From contig OZ296650.1 of the NCBI GenBank assembly GCA_965655095.1, positions 80,290,001-80,354,000 on the forward strand: 64,000 nucleotides of DNA, in the 5' to 3' direction. Positions 13,700 through 26,819 of the stretch are shown piece after piece. The notes below the pieces were generated by a model. The model did not search any database. It was given only the letters and a program-made list of their open reading frames with translations, and was not told where the DNA came from. Every line of letters starts with the position of its first letter. Positions within the stretch are counted from its first letter, which is position 1. This DNA comes from Haplodiscus bocki. Taxonomy: Eukaryota. The position numbers and the translations under genes are program-made.

Positions 13700-15000
13700 C
13701 TGCCCTGGAAAGGTGATGTACCGAATTGCAAAAGTGCAGAAACAATTTTGATATAACTCAAAAATTAAACTTACTTTTCTCCAAAACTACCAGTTGAAAT
13801 GTTTTGATTAATATCCCAATCGAGAACTTTTTCGTATATAGGATTTTATAGTGCAGACTTTTTCCGACAATTTGTGTGTGGTTTCAAGGCATCATAGGCG
13901 GAAAATGGCATAAATTTCATTTGTAAAAGTGTTTCTGGAAACTAATTCTTCTCTCAAACTAGTGGTCAGATTTCCAGTTCCAATCTTTCAAAAAGTAGTT
14001 CGACTTTTTTAAAAGGTTGTGGTGAAAAACATTTTGAGTTGCTCTTTTTGATGTGGCTGCTGACAAGTTGATACTGCCAGGAAAGGTATGAAAGCAGTTA
14101 TGGAGACGATCTATTCTACTAATGGAAGATGACTATTTTAATCTCGATCAATCAATCCCTTTATCGAGCAAAAAAATAAAAGGTCTTTGCATTTATCGTT
14201 TTATAACATACCGATGCGTTCTAGGATCAATAAAAACAATGTCGCGTAGTCCTTCAAGTGCGGTACACTTTTCGTTTTAGGCTTCGTAGTCTCTCGAATT
14301 AGCGTAGAATCACCGAAGTTCAGTTACTATATAAATCAGGGCTCAAATTTTAGCACTGCAAAATCTTCCATTCATCGGCGTTGTTTTTTCCAACACATCT
14401 TTGGATGTTAATATTGTTTTCTCAAAAGATCATAGTTTTCGATTGTTTTCGTTCATTTGGAATGAAACTTCGAATTAGAGACAACTTCTTTTTGTAGCAA
14501 TTTTCAAATTAACAATCACTTTGGAGCGTATTTAGTCGTTTTTTTTTGATTTCAAAAAATCGGTTTTGGATTCTCGAGTACTGCCTCAATTTTTCTCAGA
14601 TTTTCTGCAAGTCTCGTGGCTAAAAAATCCTGGAAGTGCAACATATATTCTAAATTGACTATCTCTTTGAAGTTACAACAAATTCCACATTGTCACAAGG
14701 TTCCCGAAAATGAAGAGGCTCTGAAAGATCTATGAAGCTTAATTGACGTCGAAGGAGGAAAAAACCGACACCCGGTGTCGTTAGCTGAAAATCTCGAAGA
14801 ACGTGTTAGAACGTGGGAGATTTGTGAGATCAATGCTAGCGTACCTTACTACAAATCTTTGTTAAATCTAGATTGTCAGCCATTATAACGTTAAATGAAG
14901 AGTATTCGAGAAAATTTAAGACAGAGAAATGAAGATTATTGCAATGAGGCTGACTCAACGCGCTCTAAATGAGTGACTGCCAGCAGCATCACAGAAACTC
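13700..15000 (+). pseudogene. Possible very degraded Gypsy pol remnant (RNase H / integrase-like)
   Basis: The + frame near 14064-14175 reads QVDTARKGMKAVME...NGR*LF*SRSINPFIEQK, resembling the RNase H pattern xDASxxGxGAVL...ASRxLNxxE. Near 14950 ADSTRSK*VTA resembles the integrase pattern VDxxSKW. The match is weak. Confidence 0.25.
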
Positions 15001-18000
15001 TAACTTCAACGCTAATTTTTCGCGAAGAATATGACGGATGATCGAAAATGTTTTCGACTAGTGAATGCTACTTTGATTTTGATAATACCGTGAAATTTTC
15101 GTTGAAATCGAAAAAAGTCAAGTTGAAAAACGAATGTTAAAGACTATAAAGGCGTAGGAAAGAGCGATACACCAAAACTGCAGTTCAATAACAACGTTAA
15201 GGCGGACAAAAAAGAAAGGGATGATTTTTCGGCAACACATGCATCCACAACGAATCCGTGCAGTAGCATTTTAATGAACCGTATGTGAAGTTTAGTAACC
15301 CCCCTTGTTTATATGGCAAAAACCAAAGGTCACACTCTCAAAATCGAAACGAGATATCAAAAACGGTTTTCATTTAAAAAATTGGGGAAGGACGAGAACC
15401 TAATTGGGCAACTTGAGCAAAATCGAAAAAAAAACAGTTTAAAGAACTAATGCAGTGATATTTTTGATCGGAATTTAATTTTTTCGTGCAGTTGAAAAGT
15501 TGTTATGTTTGAGCCACGCAACAGAAAAAAGTCAGACTCAAAAATTTTTCGAAATGTGTTTGGTTTAGAATCCCTGAAAAACGGAAGAAAAGTTTTTCAT
15601 CCTTTTTAGAGGAAGAGTGATGCAAAAATTAGAAAACACCTAAAGAACAAGAAAAATGTCGAAAGTTACAGTTTTTAGCGTATTAATCGATGGATGTCCA
15701 ACATATATCAATACGACTGCTGACAATGAAAAAGAAAAAGATTAGGGGAAGCAGGAATCCCAAGAACACAGGTCTAAAAAGTAGAAAATAACGCCCAATC
15801 AATTTACAAATGACCAAATGTAAGGATTCTCTGAAAAACCCACTTGCAAATCGGGTTCTCCCACATGAATTCTTGTTTTTGACTTCGCACCCAAGACTCT
15901 GAACAACTTCCTGTATTATTTTTTGCAAGGAGTTTTGTCAGTATTGTCAAAAGGTGGAGACAATGGAACTTTAAGTCAGACCTGAGGTGTCAAAATAGAC
16001 AAAAAGGAAAACTTTTTGAAAAAACTGCTTTTTTAATCTACTAGAGCGCTGATTAGAGAAGCAATAAACATTTGTACCCTCGGAAGATACTCTAAAATGA
16101 GAGAAGACCTCATAATTCTAGAAAACTGAGTTCTAAAATACGTAGGCTTCAATACCCGTGGAAAATTTTTTTGAACATAAGTTTTCAGTTTTGCAGGAAA
16201 GAAGTATAACATTCCAAAAACAAAATCAAAGACTGCGTGTAATGATGAGCTCAATCTTTACCCTGGGTGTTTGATTAAACATATGATAAATCCAAGAAAC
16301 TTGGATAAATGTAATCTTCTTTCTCGGACAAAGACTTCTGAATGATGTTCATGATGAAGCTAGCCAGGAAAGAACTTGTAGATCCTCAATTGGGATATGT
16401 TCACTTTTTTGGAATGATCAGCAAATCTACTTCCACGAAAGGAACTAGATCGATGAAAAAACAATGACTTGAGTCCACTAACTTTTTTATATGGCAACGA
16501 CCACATTGCACTGAGTCATCGTCTTGAACTTGACTTCAAATCGACGCCTTTCAACCCTGGAAGTAATTGAATGTTATTGAAAACGAGAACAGTGTCTTAA
16601 AGTAAATTTTCCATTGGTAATAGAATATAAACATGGGCAAGGGCGTTGATTTTAACAAAAGAGGAGAAACAAAAGATTAGATTAAAAAACTAAACTAAAA
16701 TACACCTATGGATGAACAATATGGTACGTGTTAGGTGTACAAAGAATGATGAGTTCTGAAGAATGACTTGGTTCTCTGTTGTCACTGATGAAAAAATTTG
16801 GTACCTCAGTCCGGAACTGGAGACAATGCTTTTTCTTGATTCGAATGTTTTTTTTTACGGTGCATTGTAACTCTATATTTCGACCTGAGATCATAACCTG
16901 CTGTTGTTTACTGAATATGGAATTTTTACTTCGCAAGAGTCTGTTCAATATTTTTCTCTGACCCCATGAGACGCAGTTGAAGGATCACTCAGTGCCTCAG
17001 CTGTCGTTGAGCCGTGGATAGCAGTCCGGGACTTTTTTTCGTCACTCCATGGAAGTTAGTGGTTTTTGACGAGTTAGTAATGTGCATTTTTTCTTTCTCT
17101 CATCAATTAGTTGATTGATTTCTCTGTAATTCCTTCTCTGCAGGAAAAGTTCCTGACTAGTAATACTTTTTTGAACCATGTGTGATGTGATTTGTTTCTG
17201 GTTCTGTGATCCTCATATTACTCTTTTTTTTATCAGTATAGAAATTTTAATCAGTTTCAAAGCAATATTCGATGTCTTTGTAATACACTAGTAATTTTGC
17301 TTTATAATGAGCTTTGGGATATTTCCTCACGAGAGAGCCTTTTTCAACAGTTAAGAGTAGCGAGACACCCCTCCAATTAGGAATCAGGGTTGAACTGCGT
17401 TTTTTTTTGCATCTTTCCCGTTCGCCTTGGAATTAGTAGACTTGTCTTTTTTGGAGTTATAAATGGTTTGTGGATTCTCCGCTAGCCCGACCGTCCCGTG
17501 GATCTAGTACGCGTGTTCAATAGAGTAGTAGTGGGGAAATTTTAAAACAGATCAGAAAAATCCTCTGTAATTTGATTGTTCTTTGGCGATTGTTGGAGCT
17601 ACTTTTCAAAATTCTATAAGCTCCAGTATTTGTACAATAGCAGGAACCCCTAAACGTTAGAATTCATTCAGACTTGAGGTCTTCCATGATTATGTAGTAA
17701 AAACGTTCATAGGTGGATGTATTGTCGAAGGGTTAAGCATTTTGATAATTAGAGACTCCTCATGAATTTTTTTTCCCCATTTGTTTTTTTTAAAAGCCAA
17801 ACAGTATACATGTCACTATTCCATTCTTTCGAATGAGAGTTTTACTTTTCTACATCTCGTTGGACGTCCTAGAAAATTCGGTGGAATAGATGAAATGACG
17901 GGGTTAATGTACTTCTGCTTGAATTGCTTTTTGAGGGTTTCTATTTTGATATCGGCGTTTTTGAAGTTATTTCAATTTCAATTGTTTCGACTTTTCTACG

Positions 18001-18320
18001 GTATTCTGACAAGCCTGCAGAAGCCCAAATCGGCGAACTCCGTAAGTGCCAAATTATTCATGCGAGACCCTTTGTTATAGCCTTCTGAAAAAAAGATATG
18101 ATCGCTTTTTTATTGTTGAAATTTTGTGTAGTGACAAAGTTTTATTGGGAGACTCTTCAGCACGATTTGTGCTACCTGAGAAAGTATTAAGATTAAAACA
18201 TCTTTGGTACATATTGTCTCAAAAATATCGAGATCAAAATAAATGGTATCAGGAAAAAAATTTGGACAGGAGATCCCAGTTTTCTGAAAAGACAAAGTGC
18301 AAAGAGACTTCTTGTGCCTG

Positions 18321-20396
18321 CACTGTAAAACTGGCGCGTGCAAAATTGCCTGCAAACGCAGGTAACTTTACATGCAGTTCGCAGGTAAAAAGATCCCTCG
18401 CGCAGTTTACCTGCGTTACATGCAGTTTACCTGTAAATACAGGTAAATTTACCTGCTTCGAGGCGGCAAGCACCTCGCGCAGAACACACGCGAATTGCCT
18501 GCGGGCGCATGTAAATTTACCTCAATACCACAGGCATTTTACACGTAGTTATACATGCGGAACTCATGCAAATTTGCCCGTGACTAGCATGCAAAATTGC
18601 CTGCTTCTGCAGGCAAAAATACATGCAACTTACAGGCAAAAACAATGGAATCGCAGGTAAAAATACCCGCCAAACGCAGGCAAGAATAACTGCAAACGCA
18701 GGAAAAAATACCCGCACAATCGCAGGCAAAAAATCTGCAATTCCACGCAGAATTTCGTGCAATTGCAGGCAATCTGCTATCACACCGCGGGTAAATTCAC
18801 CAGCAAATTGCATGTAAGTTAGCCTGCATCATGCAGGTGAAGTTACCTGCAACTTGCGTGCTTTATCAAGTGCTATCGCGTGTATTCTGCGTGAGGTGCT
18901 TGCCGCGTAGAAGCAGGTATAATTACCTGTTTTTACAGGTAAACTGCATGTAACGCAGGTAAATTGCATGTGGGGCCTTTTTACTTGCGAACTGCAGGTA
19001 CAGTTACCTGCGTTCGCAGGTAATGCAATCTTGTCGAAAATCTATCATTACTTGCGGCAAAGCTAGAAGGGAAGACGCACAAACATAAGAAGTAAAGTTG
19101 CAATGCATTTCTAAAGCTCATCAATTGATATTACAAAATCCTATGGCTAAGAAGTACAAGCATTTTTAAAGAGCAAACCAGAATACCTCTCAAACTAAAC
19201 ATCGAAAAAAATTGATGTCGTCAAAAAAGAATACAAAATGAGCAATTATTGCAGATTTCAGTCCATACAGATATTAAGTCAACGAAAGAAGCCATTTTCC
19301 AACAAAAAAACCCAAAATCAATCAATTCGTGGTCAAATCGCTTTTGGAATCCAATTGCATACGTTTCCGTCTAAGTGCAACACGAGAAAACTTCAATCTA
19401 AAACCTGAAACACAGCTGAAGAAACTCATTCCAATAACGGAAGCAACTATACCCACCAATACAATGAAGTAAAAGAGAAGCTGTAACCAGTTTCCTTCAT
19501 TTATGTCTGAATCATATTTGACCACTAGGTCTAAGACATGTATGCATCTCAAAAGTTCAAGGTTTTTTCTAGTCTTCGCAGGCCAGAAACACATTTCAGG
19601 CACGCACAGGGCCACCTATGAGCATGTGCGTTAACAGGCTCCATTAACATTTTTCAAAGCAGAATGAGAACAGTATACGAAGTAGTATATCATAAGACAG
19701 TTAACTCAAAACTTGGAAAACAGTTTATTTGGTTTTCAGAAGTAATCAAAGACATTTACCACTACTTCCAAGAAAAATAGGCTGGAAGACAAAAAAGACA
19801 GAAATTAAAATTGCATTGCTTTCCTAAAGCTTATTAATCGATATTACAAAATCATATGGCTAAAAAGTATACTGTAAAACTTGTGCCTTTTCTTCACAAA
19901 GTTTAAAATTCAAGTTGCTTTGAATTTTTTTATGTAGCCCGATAAGATCCTTTTTAAAGTTGTTTCCTCTCTAGATTTAGGAGACAACAGCCAGTTCTCG
20001 ATCATTTAGATGGCAGTGAAGACTTTTTCAGCGAGCTGTTTTTTGGGATAACCGTTTGAAGAGCCAGCACGGAACACTTCAACGTTTTTGGAACAAAGTC
20101 AAAATTGAAGGGTTCATCATTGACTTCAAAGGCAACAAAAGGTTACTTTGGTCAAGGTGTTTGGAACTGGATAAGAAGAAACGTCCCAAGGATTGAAAAA
20201 AAGCTCCCGGACGCGAACAAAAAAAATTTCATGTGAATTACCTGCGGGGGCAGGTAAATTTCCGCCAGTTACGCGCAGAAACCGCAGGCAATCGGTACCT
20301 GCGGAGATTTTTGCCTGCATCCGCAGGTATTTTTACCTGCGGATCAGTTTACTTGCGGCCTTCGCAGGTGATTTTGAACGCGCCAGTTTTACAGTG
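18321..20396. mobile_element. CACTG-terminal (CMC/EnSpm-like) non-autonomous element with foldback subterminal repeats
   Basis: CACTGTAAAACTGGCGCGTGCAAAAT (18321-18346) versus ATTTTGAACGCGCCAGTTTTACAGTG (20371-20396): a 25/26 inverted match with TG on both flanks. Dense GCAGGTAA/TTACCTGC repeats at 18321-19024 and 20225-20396; 18345-18495 and 18877-19024 form a long inverted repeat. It could instead be two truncated copies. Confidence 0.7.
19322..19530 (-). CDS. Candidate terminal exon encoding a transmembrane helix and short basic tail
   Basis: A ttag acceptor at 19534-19531 is followed by (D)LVVKYDSDINEGNWLQLLFYFIVLVGIVASVIGMSFFSCVSGFRLKFSRVALRRKRMQLDSKSDLTTN*. No homology recognised. Confidence 0.3.
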
Positions 20397-20875
20397 TGTC
20401 CTCAGCTTGTGTAGTAGCTTGGTGCTATTTCTCACTGTTTCTCAAAACTCAACATTTCATGCAAAAATGTGCCAGAAAAATTTTGAATATTTAAGCACAC
20501 AGTGACAAAAAGCAAAAACCATTTCTCTGTTATGACTGCTTATGGTCTGCTGCGCATCAAGGTTCTGTTACTTGTAGGAAACTCAGTTTGCCGTAGACTA
20601 TTGGCAGTGAAGCATTAAAAGTTTTCTGCTCAGCCACTACGCAGGAGTTTGTTTCTCAAAAAAATGTTAAAGTTGAATGAGTTAGACAAAATCCACAGTT
20701 ATAAAAAAGCACCGAGTTTTAGACAAATGTTTCGAAAACAGCCAAAAACACCTGGCGATTGAGTATTAAAATTTCTCAAATAATAGCCAAGTCTTCAATC
20801 CATGAAAGCTATTCAAAGGCTCAGAATAATTTGTTGCTATGAGATTTTACTCATCAGTCAACTTCAACTAAATCT

Positions 20876-23817
20876 TGTAGAATTTTCAGGAATTTTACTC
20901 CCAACTCGTTGAAAACGTGGTACCACTGTTCACGAGACGGGGAAAGGGCCGAGATCCACAAAAAAAAATTGATCACCAATATCAATCAAAGGGACATACA
21001 ACTTTGGAGGCGGTCGGGTTCTTCTGCAAAATCAATGCCTAATCCTATAAATTTTATCGTTCAACTGAGAATGGTGTCTCGTAGCTCTGGACTGTTGGTT
21101 TGAGAAATCAAAGTAATTTATTGTCTGGGAAAATACTCGAATTAGCTCGGTCAGTTTCTCACAGACAAAGTCTTACGGTTGATAAACCTAATAACAATAG
21201 AACGATAACGGTTAAAAAATCATTAATGGCAGATAATACTATTGGTTGGTGTTCACACATCAAAAAAAATCGAATAAATACTTCAAAAAATACGTTAAAG
21301 TAAATAATAGCATCAATCGATTTTGAGAAAACTTAAGACCACAACCTCACGTTGATAGTCAGAATTTTTCTCACCACTTATCCTGGAATTGGATCGAACA
21401 CCAAAACCACAACTCGAAAATTGTTGAACGTATTTTCTAGTCTCAATAGACTCTTGAATAAAGAACTAATCGAATCCAACAGTCGCGGACTGTTCAACAA
21501 AAACTTCTCAAAACGAACGTTTTCCCAACTTCAGTCCTCGACTAGGTTGAAAAAAACAACAAACAGCTTCAAGCAAAGTAGAAAGTGTACGGCAATTCAA
21601 CTTACTTTTTTTGGCAGCAATTAAGGACGCTCCTTTTGCCTATGGTCCTCTTCGTTTCGTACTTTTACCGCTAGGGCTATTTGCGGCCCTATTATTATTC
21701 ATCCGGTTAATCATATCCAATACTTTGCAGAATCACTTACCGATTTTCGGTGGTTATCTCGCTTATCTCACTTCGGTACAATAATAATCAGTTTTGGTAC
21801 TCCTCCGTGTTTTTTTCTGTGGTCACATCAGATATGGTTAAATGGTTTTGGTCGTATCCACTGGCAAAATGGGGGTGTTAAAAATGATTAGGAAAATTCC
21901 CGTTCGTTTAGATCACTATTCAGATTGACAAACTCTTCAAATTGAGGTGTCAGCTATTCTTTTCGTCGCACGTGACCATGTACTTCCAAAAAGAGTGGTT
22001 AAAATGTCTTCCCCAACCATTCCCATCATAAGATCCATGCAAAAATAATTGTCCGAAAAGAAGTGTGATTTCTGTCTAAAAATCAATGTTTACTTCTGTC
22101 TATAATGAACGTCTTATAAACAAAATTAGCACCCTTACACACAATTTTCAATGTATTTTTTTGAAATTATGATTTTGTCACAGTTGTTTTTACTATTTAT
22201 GTTCGAAAAATGCGATTTTCTGCAAGGACTCAAAATTCCCTATTTTTCCTTTTATTCCCTGAGGGTGGTTGTTTCCTGTTAGCACCTTCAAAGAGGAGTA
22301 TTTTAACGAAAAGATAACCTCTCTAGGCTGTCTCAACAAAAAGTTATTCAATTTCTGTAAAAAGTACCAATTTTTGCCACTTTTGGCTACCTATGTCCTC
22401 ATTTAATTTCGATTTTCTCAACGTACAGGCAGAAAAAAAAATTTTTTGTCAACCTCCAGGGGAGGTTGTTGGAATTATTCTGTTTAAGTTTGAGTTTTCT
22501 ATCTCTTTTGGCCTGCGGGGAGGTACCCGTTTTGCAAGTCGACCTTTTCCAAAAGCCGTGATTTTAGCTAGTTGTAATTTTGTGGTTTGGCCATTTGTTG
22601 CTTGCTACATTTACGCTTTTGTTTATTTTCTTTCCTCCTATTGATATTTTTTTGATTGCTTGTATAGAAGTTGATTTCTTTGGCTATTCTTTGACTAATA
22701 TTCAAAAAAGTTCGATTTTTGACAATTTCAGGCTGTTTTGGTCGTTTTTCGGCCATTTCTTCCTCAGTTCTCCAAAATGACTAAATCTACTCAATTCAGC
22801 TTTTCAGGGACATTAGTCCATTCAAATATTATCGGTTTAGGAAATTTGCGAGCCTTTTTTGTTGTGTGGTTCACTCAGAAAAAATTTTTAACTGAAAAAA
22901 TTCCACCAATTTCCGCAGTACACGTTTCGTTTGCAACATTTTTTTACTATCTTAACTTCGATTTGGCTCAAATTCCAAGCGGAAGCTTTCCTATAGATGT
23001 AATTTACAATGGTGAAAACCGTTTGTGGATATCTTTTTTCTTCTTCGATGAATAAGGAAGCAAACAATGGGGACCATTTAAAAAAGGCTCTAATTTTGAG
23101 CAGCGAAAGCGTAAGTATGCTATTACGTGGGGTGCTGGTGGCCGTGAGCGTGGTCAGGAATCACTCCAAAATCACTTCTATTGTATTTTTTTTGTCTTTA
23201 AAACATTTTATTTCCACTCCGATTTTACTTTTATGCTATCCTAAAGTAGCAACTGAACTGTAAATTCACAATTTTATCAATTTCCGGACCGTAATATATT
23301 TCCTTCTAATTTTTCGACAACTTCGAATTTTCAGACTGCTCTGAAAAACACCTAAATTGTTTGCCCTGCAACCTAATCTTCATTGGTGGAATTCGTTTTG
23401 CTCTATCTATCACGGCCTTTGAAAAAATTGGCGTTAAATTTCGGATTCTGAATAGACCAAGTTTTAAATTTTATGCTGCTGTTACTTTGCTATGTTAATA
23501 CACGTGACAAGGTCGTTCCAAAAAACTAATACCTGTTCCGCGGCTTGATGTTATTCCAACGTAGTGCGTATTCCGTTCAACATTCACTTTTCACGAATCA
23601 TTCTTACTGCTTAGTTTCACACAATTCACGTGCACTAACATAGCGAATACAGTTCTGCAAAAAAGGCAAATATGATTGACTGTTTTTTTTAACTTCTGAC
23701 CATCAACCTATTCTTAACTATTAAATACGTAACTTTAAACAGCAAATGAATGGCAGAAAACATAGATCAATGTTATATTACTATTAAAACAAAAAAATGT
23801 GTGCTATAAAGCCCACA
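20876..23817 (-). repeat. 3' LTR (2942 bp)
   Basis: The + strand reads TGTAGAAT...GCCCACA and is colinear with 32603-35545; it is preceded by TSD AATCT. Confidence 0.95.
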
Positions 23818-23829
23818 TTCCCCCCACCT
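23818..23829 (-). promoter_or_regulatory. Polypurine tract
   Basis: Minus strand AGGTGGGGGGAA lies immediately before the TG of the 3' LTR. Confidence 0.9.
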
Positions 23830-24352
23830 GGACTACTACTCTCCTAAGTAGTTGCTAGGGTCAAAAAAATATTTCCGTCGTTCTAATTCGGTAACGAGTA
23901 TCCACGTAGTAAAATGTTCATCTTATTTCATTTAAATTCACTTCAAAAGGAACCGATTTATATCTACACACTTCTGTACACTTCAACAACCTTTAACGTT
24001 TCTTTTTTAAAAATCTAATTCGTCCAAGTGGGAAAAACTTGATGGTACACGTTAGATTATTGATCAATGCAGGAAATTTTCATACGTCGCCTTTTAGGGA
24101 AGGCAGATAAGTACAGCTCGGATTTTTGTAGCAACATCATACAAAGATTTTATCAACACCATCTCGATCTTACGTTTTATAGCAGGAGTCTGCTGACTAG
24201 TTTTTTGACAGCAACTTTTTGCAACTCGTCTGTCGCTGGGAAGTTTCTGGGCGAACAGACTTCCCTACACGTTTTTGCTGTAGGACACCTTCCTTTTGTG
24301 CTGCGTCAAGGTTACTCAATTGCATGGCGGCGGCAGCGGCGGTCTCGTCATC

Positions 24353-26492
24353 TTAACGTCTGAATCTTTCCATATACTTCCTCACTGCATACAGTTTCAC
24401 CTTTTTAAGGGCCCAGCCTAACAATAGCAATAGCTCCAGAGTAATCAAAGTGGCCCCACACGGCAAAATAACATCTCTCCAGATTTTCTTCCTGATTGTT
24501 GTGTGCACTTCCTCGACCTCTTGCATAAAGGGCTGTACTACTGCTGCTAACTTTTCCTCAGTGATACGGCGATCAGGCGAACCTACTAAATTCAATTGTG
24601 AGTGCAATTACAAATTTTGATGGACATCTCCCATCAGTTCAGGAAGGATAACTTCTAATTCTTTCAACCCTTCGAAAAATGGAAGCAGTAAGGGAGCGGG
24701 TAGAATTCGCACAGTATCAGTGGATTCTTGAATACACGTAAGGGGTTCTGGGGTTAGGAATAAACCAGCGGCCGGGAGTTGTAACCTACCTTTACAGGAG
24801 GGTTTTACTAGGCAACTTTGACCTCTGGGAACGCGAATTTCCCCTTGATCTGTCAAATTTTGCATTGTAAAATCTCCCGTCGCAGATGTCAAATGATACG
24901 TCGAATCAAACAAATACAGGGCCTGCGGATATTGAGTTAACGCGACAACTTCTCGGGCACACATTTTCAGGACGGTAGCGGGAAGATTAAAATATAAGAT
25001 GGTTAAACAAGTCATCTTCTGCGACTTAGTTGTTGAAAACGGTTGTTTAAAAAGTCGTAGCCGGTGCGAACTCCAGCAATGGGTGGAGACTTCTTGCTCA
25101 GTAACTTTCGCAAAATTCGTTTTTTCCCAAGACATGAGTGAGTGCGTTTTTGACACGAGTGAGTGCGTATTGTGCCACACTTTCGGTTGGCGGTATTGCT
25201 TGGGGAATAGGAGTTGCTCCGAATACGTTGTGTACACCGTGTCCCGTGTGGAGTGCAATCTCGATTAGCAAATGCAACCTCTCGTCCGATATAAGAGCGT
25301 CTTTCACAACATCAAAGGAATAAGACGCGGTATTAGAATACTGGGAATCGTCTCAGTCAATCTGTACCCATCAAACATGTCTAAAATTTTCAAAAGGATT
25401 GTCGGAGGATTCAACGCTATTGGTAGGTATCCGTGAACTATCGAAGCCGTCGCGTCTTGCATTAAAGAGGCCATACTGGCCAAAGAAATACGTTGCTGGT
25501 TTACATCGTTTATTAATCGGCGATACTGAATAGTTAAATTTCATAGGGAAGCTGCTATGATAAGTGTGTTGCAATGTCCGTCTTGTATATGTCTAGCGAC
25601 GCCCTATCTTTTTACTACGAAGCCTTCATTCTCTTCAAGTACATCTGTAATTGTCTCATTTAACATATCTACGTTCTCTTGGATGTTCCCTTCCAAGGTG
25701 GGGATCTTTCTCTTCTCAAAGTCGGCCGGCATTCTAACGGTTATTGCTTCCAAAAACTTAGACTTTCGATAAAAAACGATCTGTTCTCAATGTTTAGGTT
25801 GCCTGGCTAGGGCTTCTAATTTCTTCCGCTCGTCTTCCTTACAAAGTGAACCAAAAGGGACTAATTTGTCAAGAAAGCCTAAAAATTCATCTTTTATCGG
25901 GGCCGTAGAAGGTCTGAGGGAACTTCTGGATAATTCACTTCCTAGCGCGGTTCCAACAGTCGGCACTAAGAGAGATCTCTTGTACCTGTTCGGTTTTTCA
26001 AAGGTTCGATCTTGCAAGGAGCTGTTTAGGAACACGATAAGCAGTTGCCTGACAATCTCGAGATCTGACTTGAAAATCTGATGGCTCTGAAAAACTTCCG
26101 GTATTGTATCGCGTAAGAATTGCTTCCAGTAAGATAACAGATGCGTGTCGACGCATTCGTGTTGGAACATTCTAAGTTGTAAATCATTCAGTTCAAACAA
26201 AGCTTGATCCAAGATCTGATTCAAGGGTTTGGGATCAAACTGGAGTATCTTGGGAAAAGGAGTGGAAGTCCATAAAGCTTTGAGAGCTTTTAGTAACACA
26301 ACTGGCGGCTCAGGTGTAAGCGCAGCGCTTGAAATTGAGTGTGATCCGTTACGAATCCCTAAGGTATCTTGTCGTCTCTGGAAGTCCCACTCATCAAAAC
26401 CGTCAACGAGATTAGTAGTTTCTATTGTCGCAAAAACTAAGAAAAACAACAATCTCCACGTCGTAAGAGTTGAAAGAAAAAAATGGAAACAT
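24353..26492 (-). pseudogene. env: env-like class I fusion glycoprotein (disrupted)
   Basis: Signal-peptide-like WRLLFFLVFA; furin-type RYKR (25976-25987) followed by hydrophobic SLLVPTVGTALG; Cys-containing ectodomain (HCWSS...MTCLTILYFNLPATVLKMC...SCLVKPSCKG); C-terminal TM (VILPCGATLITLELLLLLGWAL) followed by basic residues. It lies between IN and the PPT and has several stops and frameshifts. Confidence 0.8.
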
Positions 26493-26819
26493 AAAAGAAA
26501 GGGAAAAATGAGGTTGTTCAGAAATGACTAGTAAGGACCGTGGAGAGTTTAAAGAGACTGTTTACTATTTTGGTCGGCAAGTGAATGACGGGAAGACCGT
26601 TAGTGAATCGCCAATCGATTCCGATCGCGGTGTCTCGTACCACGACAATTGTGGAAAAGGGTTGGTCGAAACGAACCATTTGTAATTCGCTCTATCGGTT
26701 CGCCAAATCAGAATGAATGGTGAGTTTGCATTACTTAGGCGACTCTGCTCACCGGGAACAGTCATGCCCGAAATATTCACTCTGTATTGATTCTGGTTAG
26801 GAAATTCGCATATCCTGAA

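Noticed and set aside
17000-17560. Minus-strand CAGAAACAAATCACATCACACATGGTT resembling the gag/PBS junction at 60391
   Set aside because: The match is short and has no supporting ORF or LTR boundary.
18046-18817. Cluster of overlapping Cys/Ala-rich ORFs, including a 204-aa one
   Set aside because: They arise on both strands from the GC-rich GCAGGTAA repeats of the foldback element and contain no protein motif.
18321-19024. Short recurring palindromic motifs suggestive of a CRISPR array
   Set aside because: No constant repeat with unique regular spacers, no cas genes, and a eukaryotic context. Better explained as subterminal transposon repeats.
22738-23263. ORFs almost identical to those at 34466-34991
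   Set aside because: The identity simply reflects the near-identical LTR block. They are antisense to the element, lack motifs and do not start with a convincing ATG.
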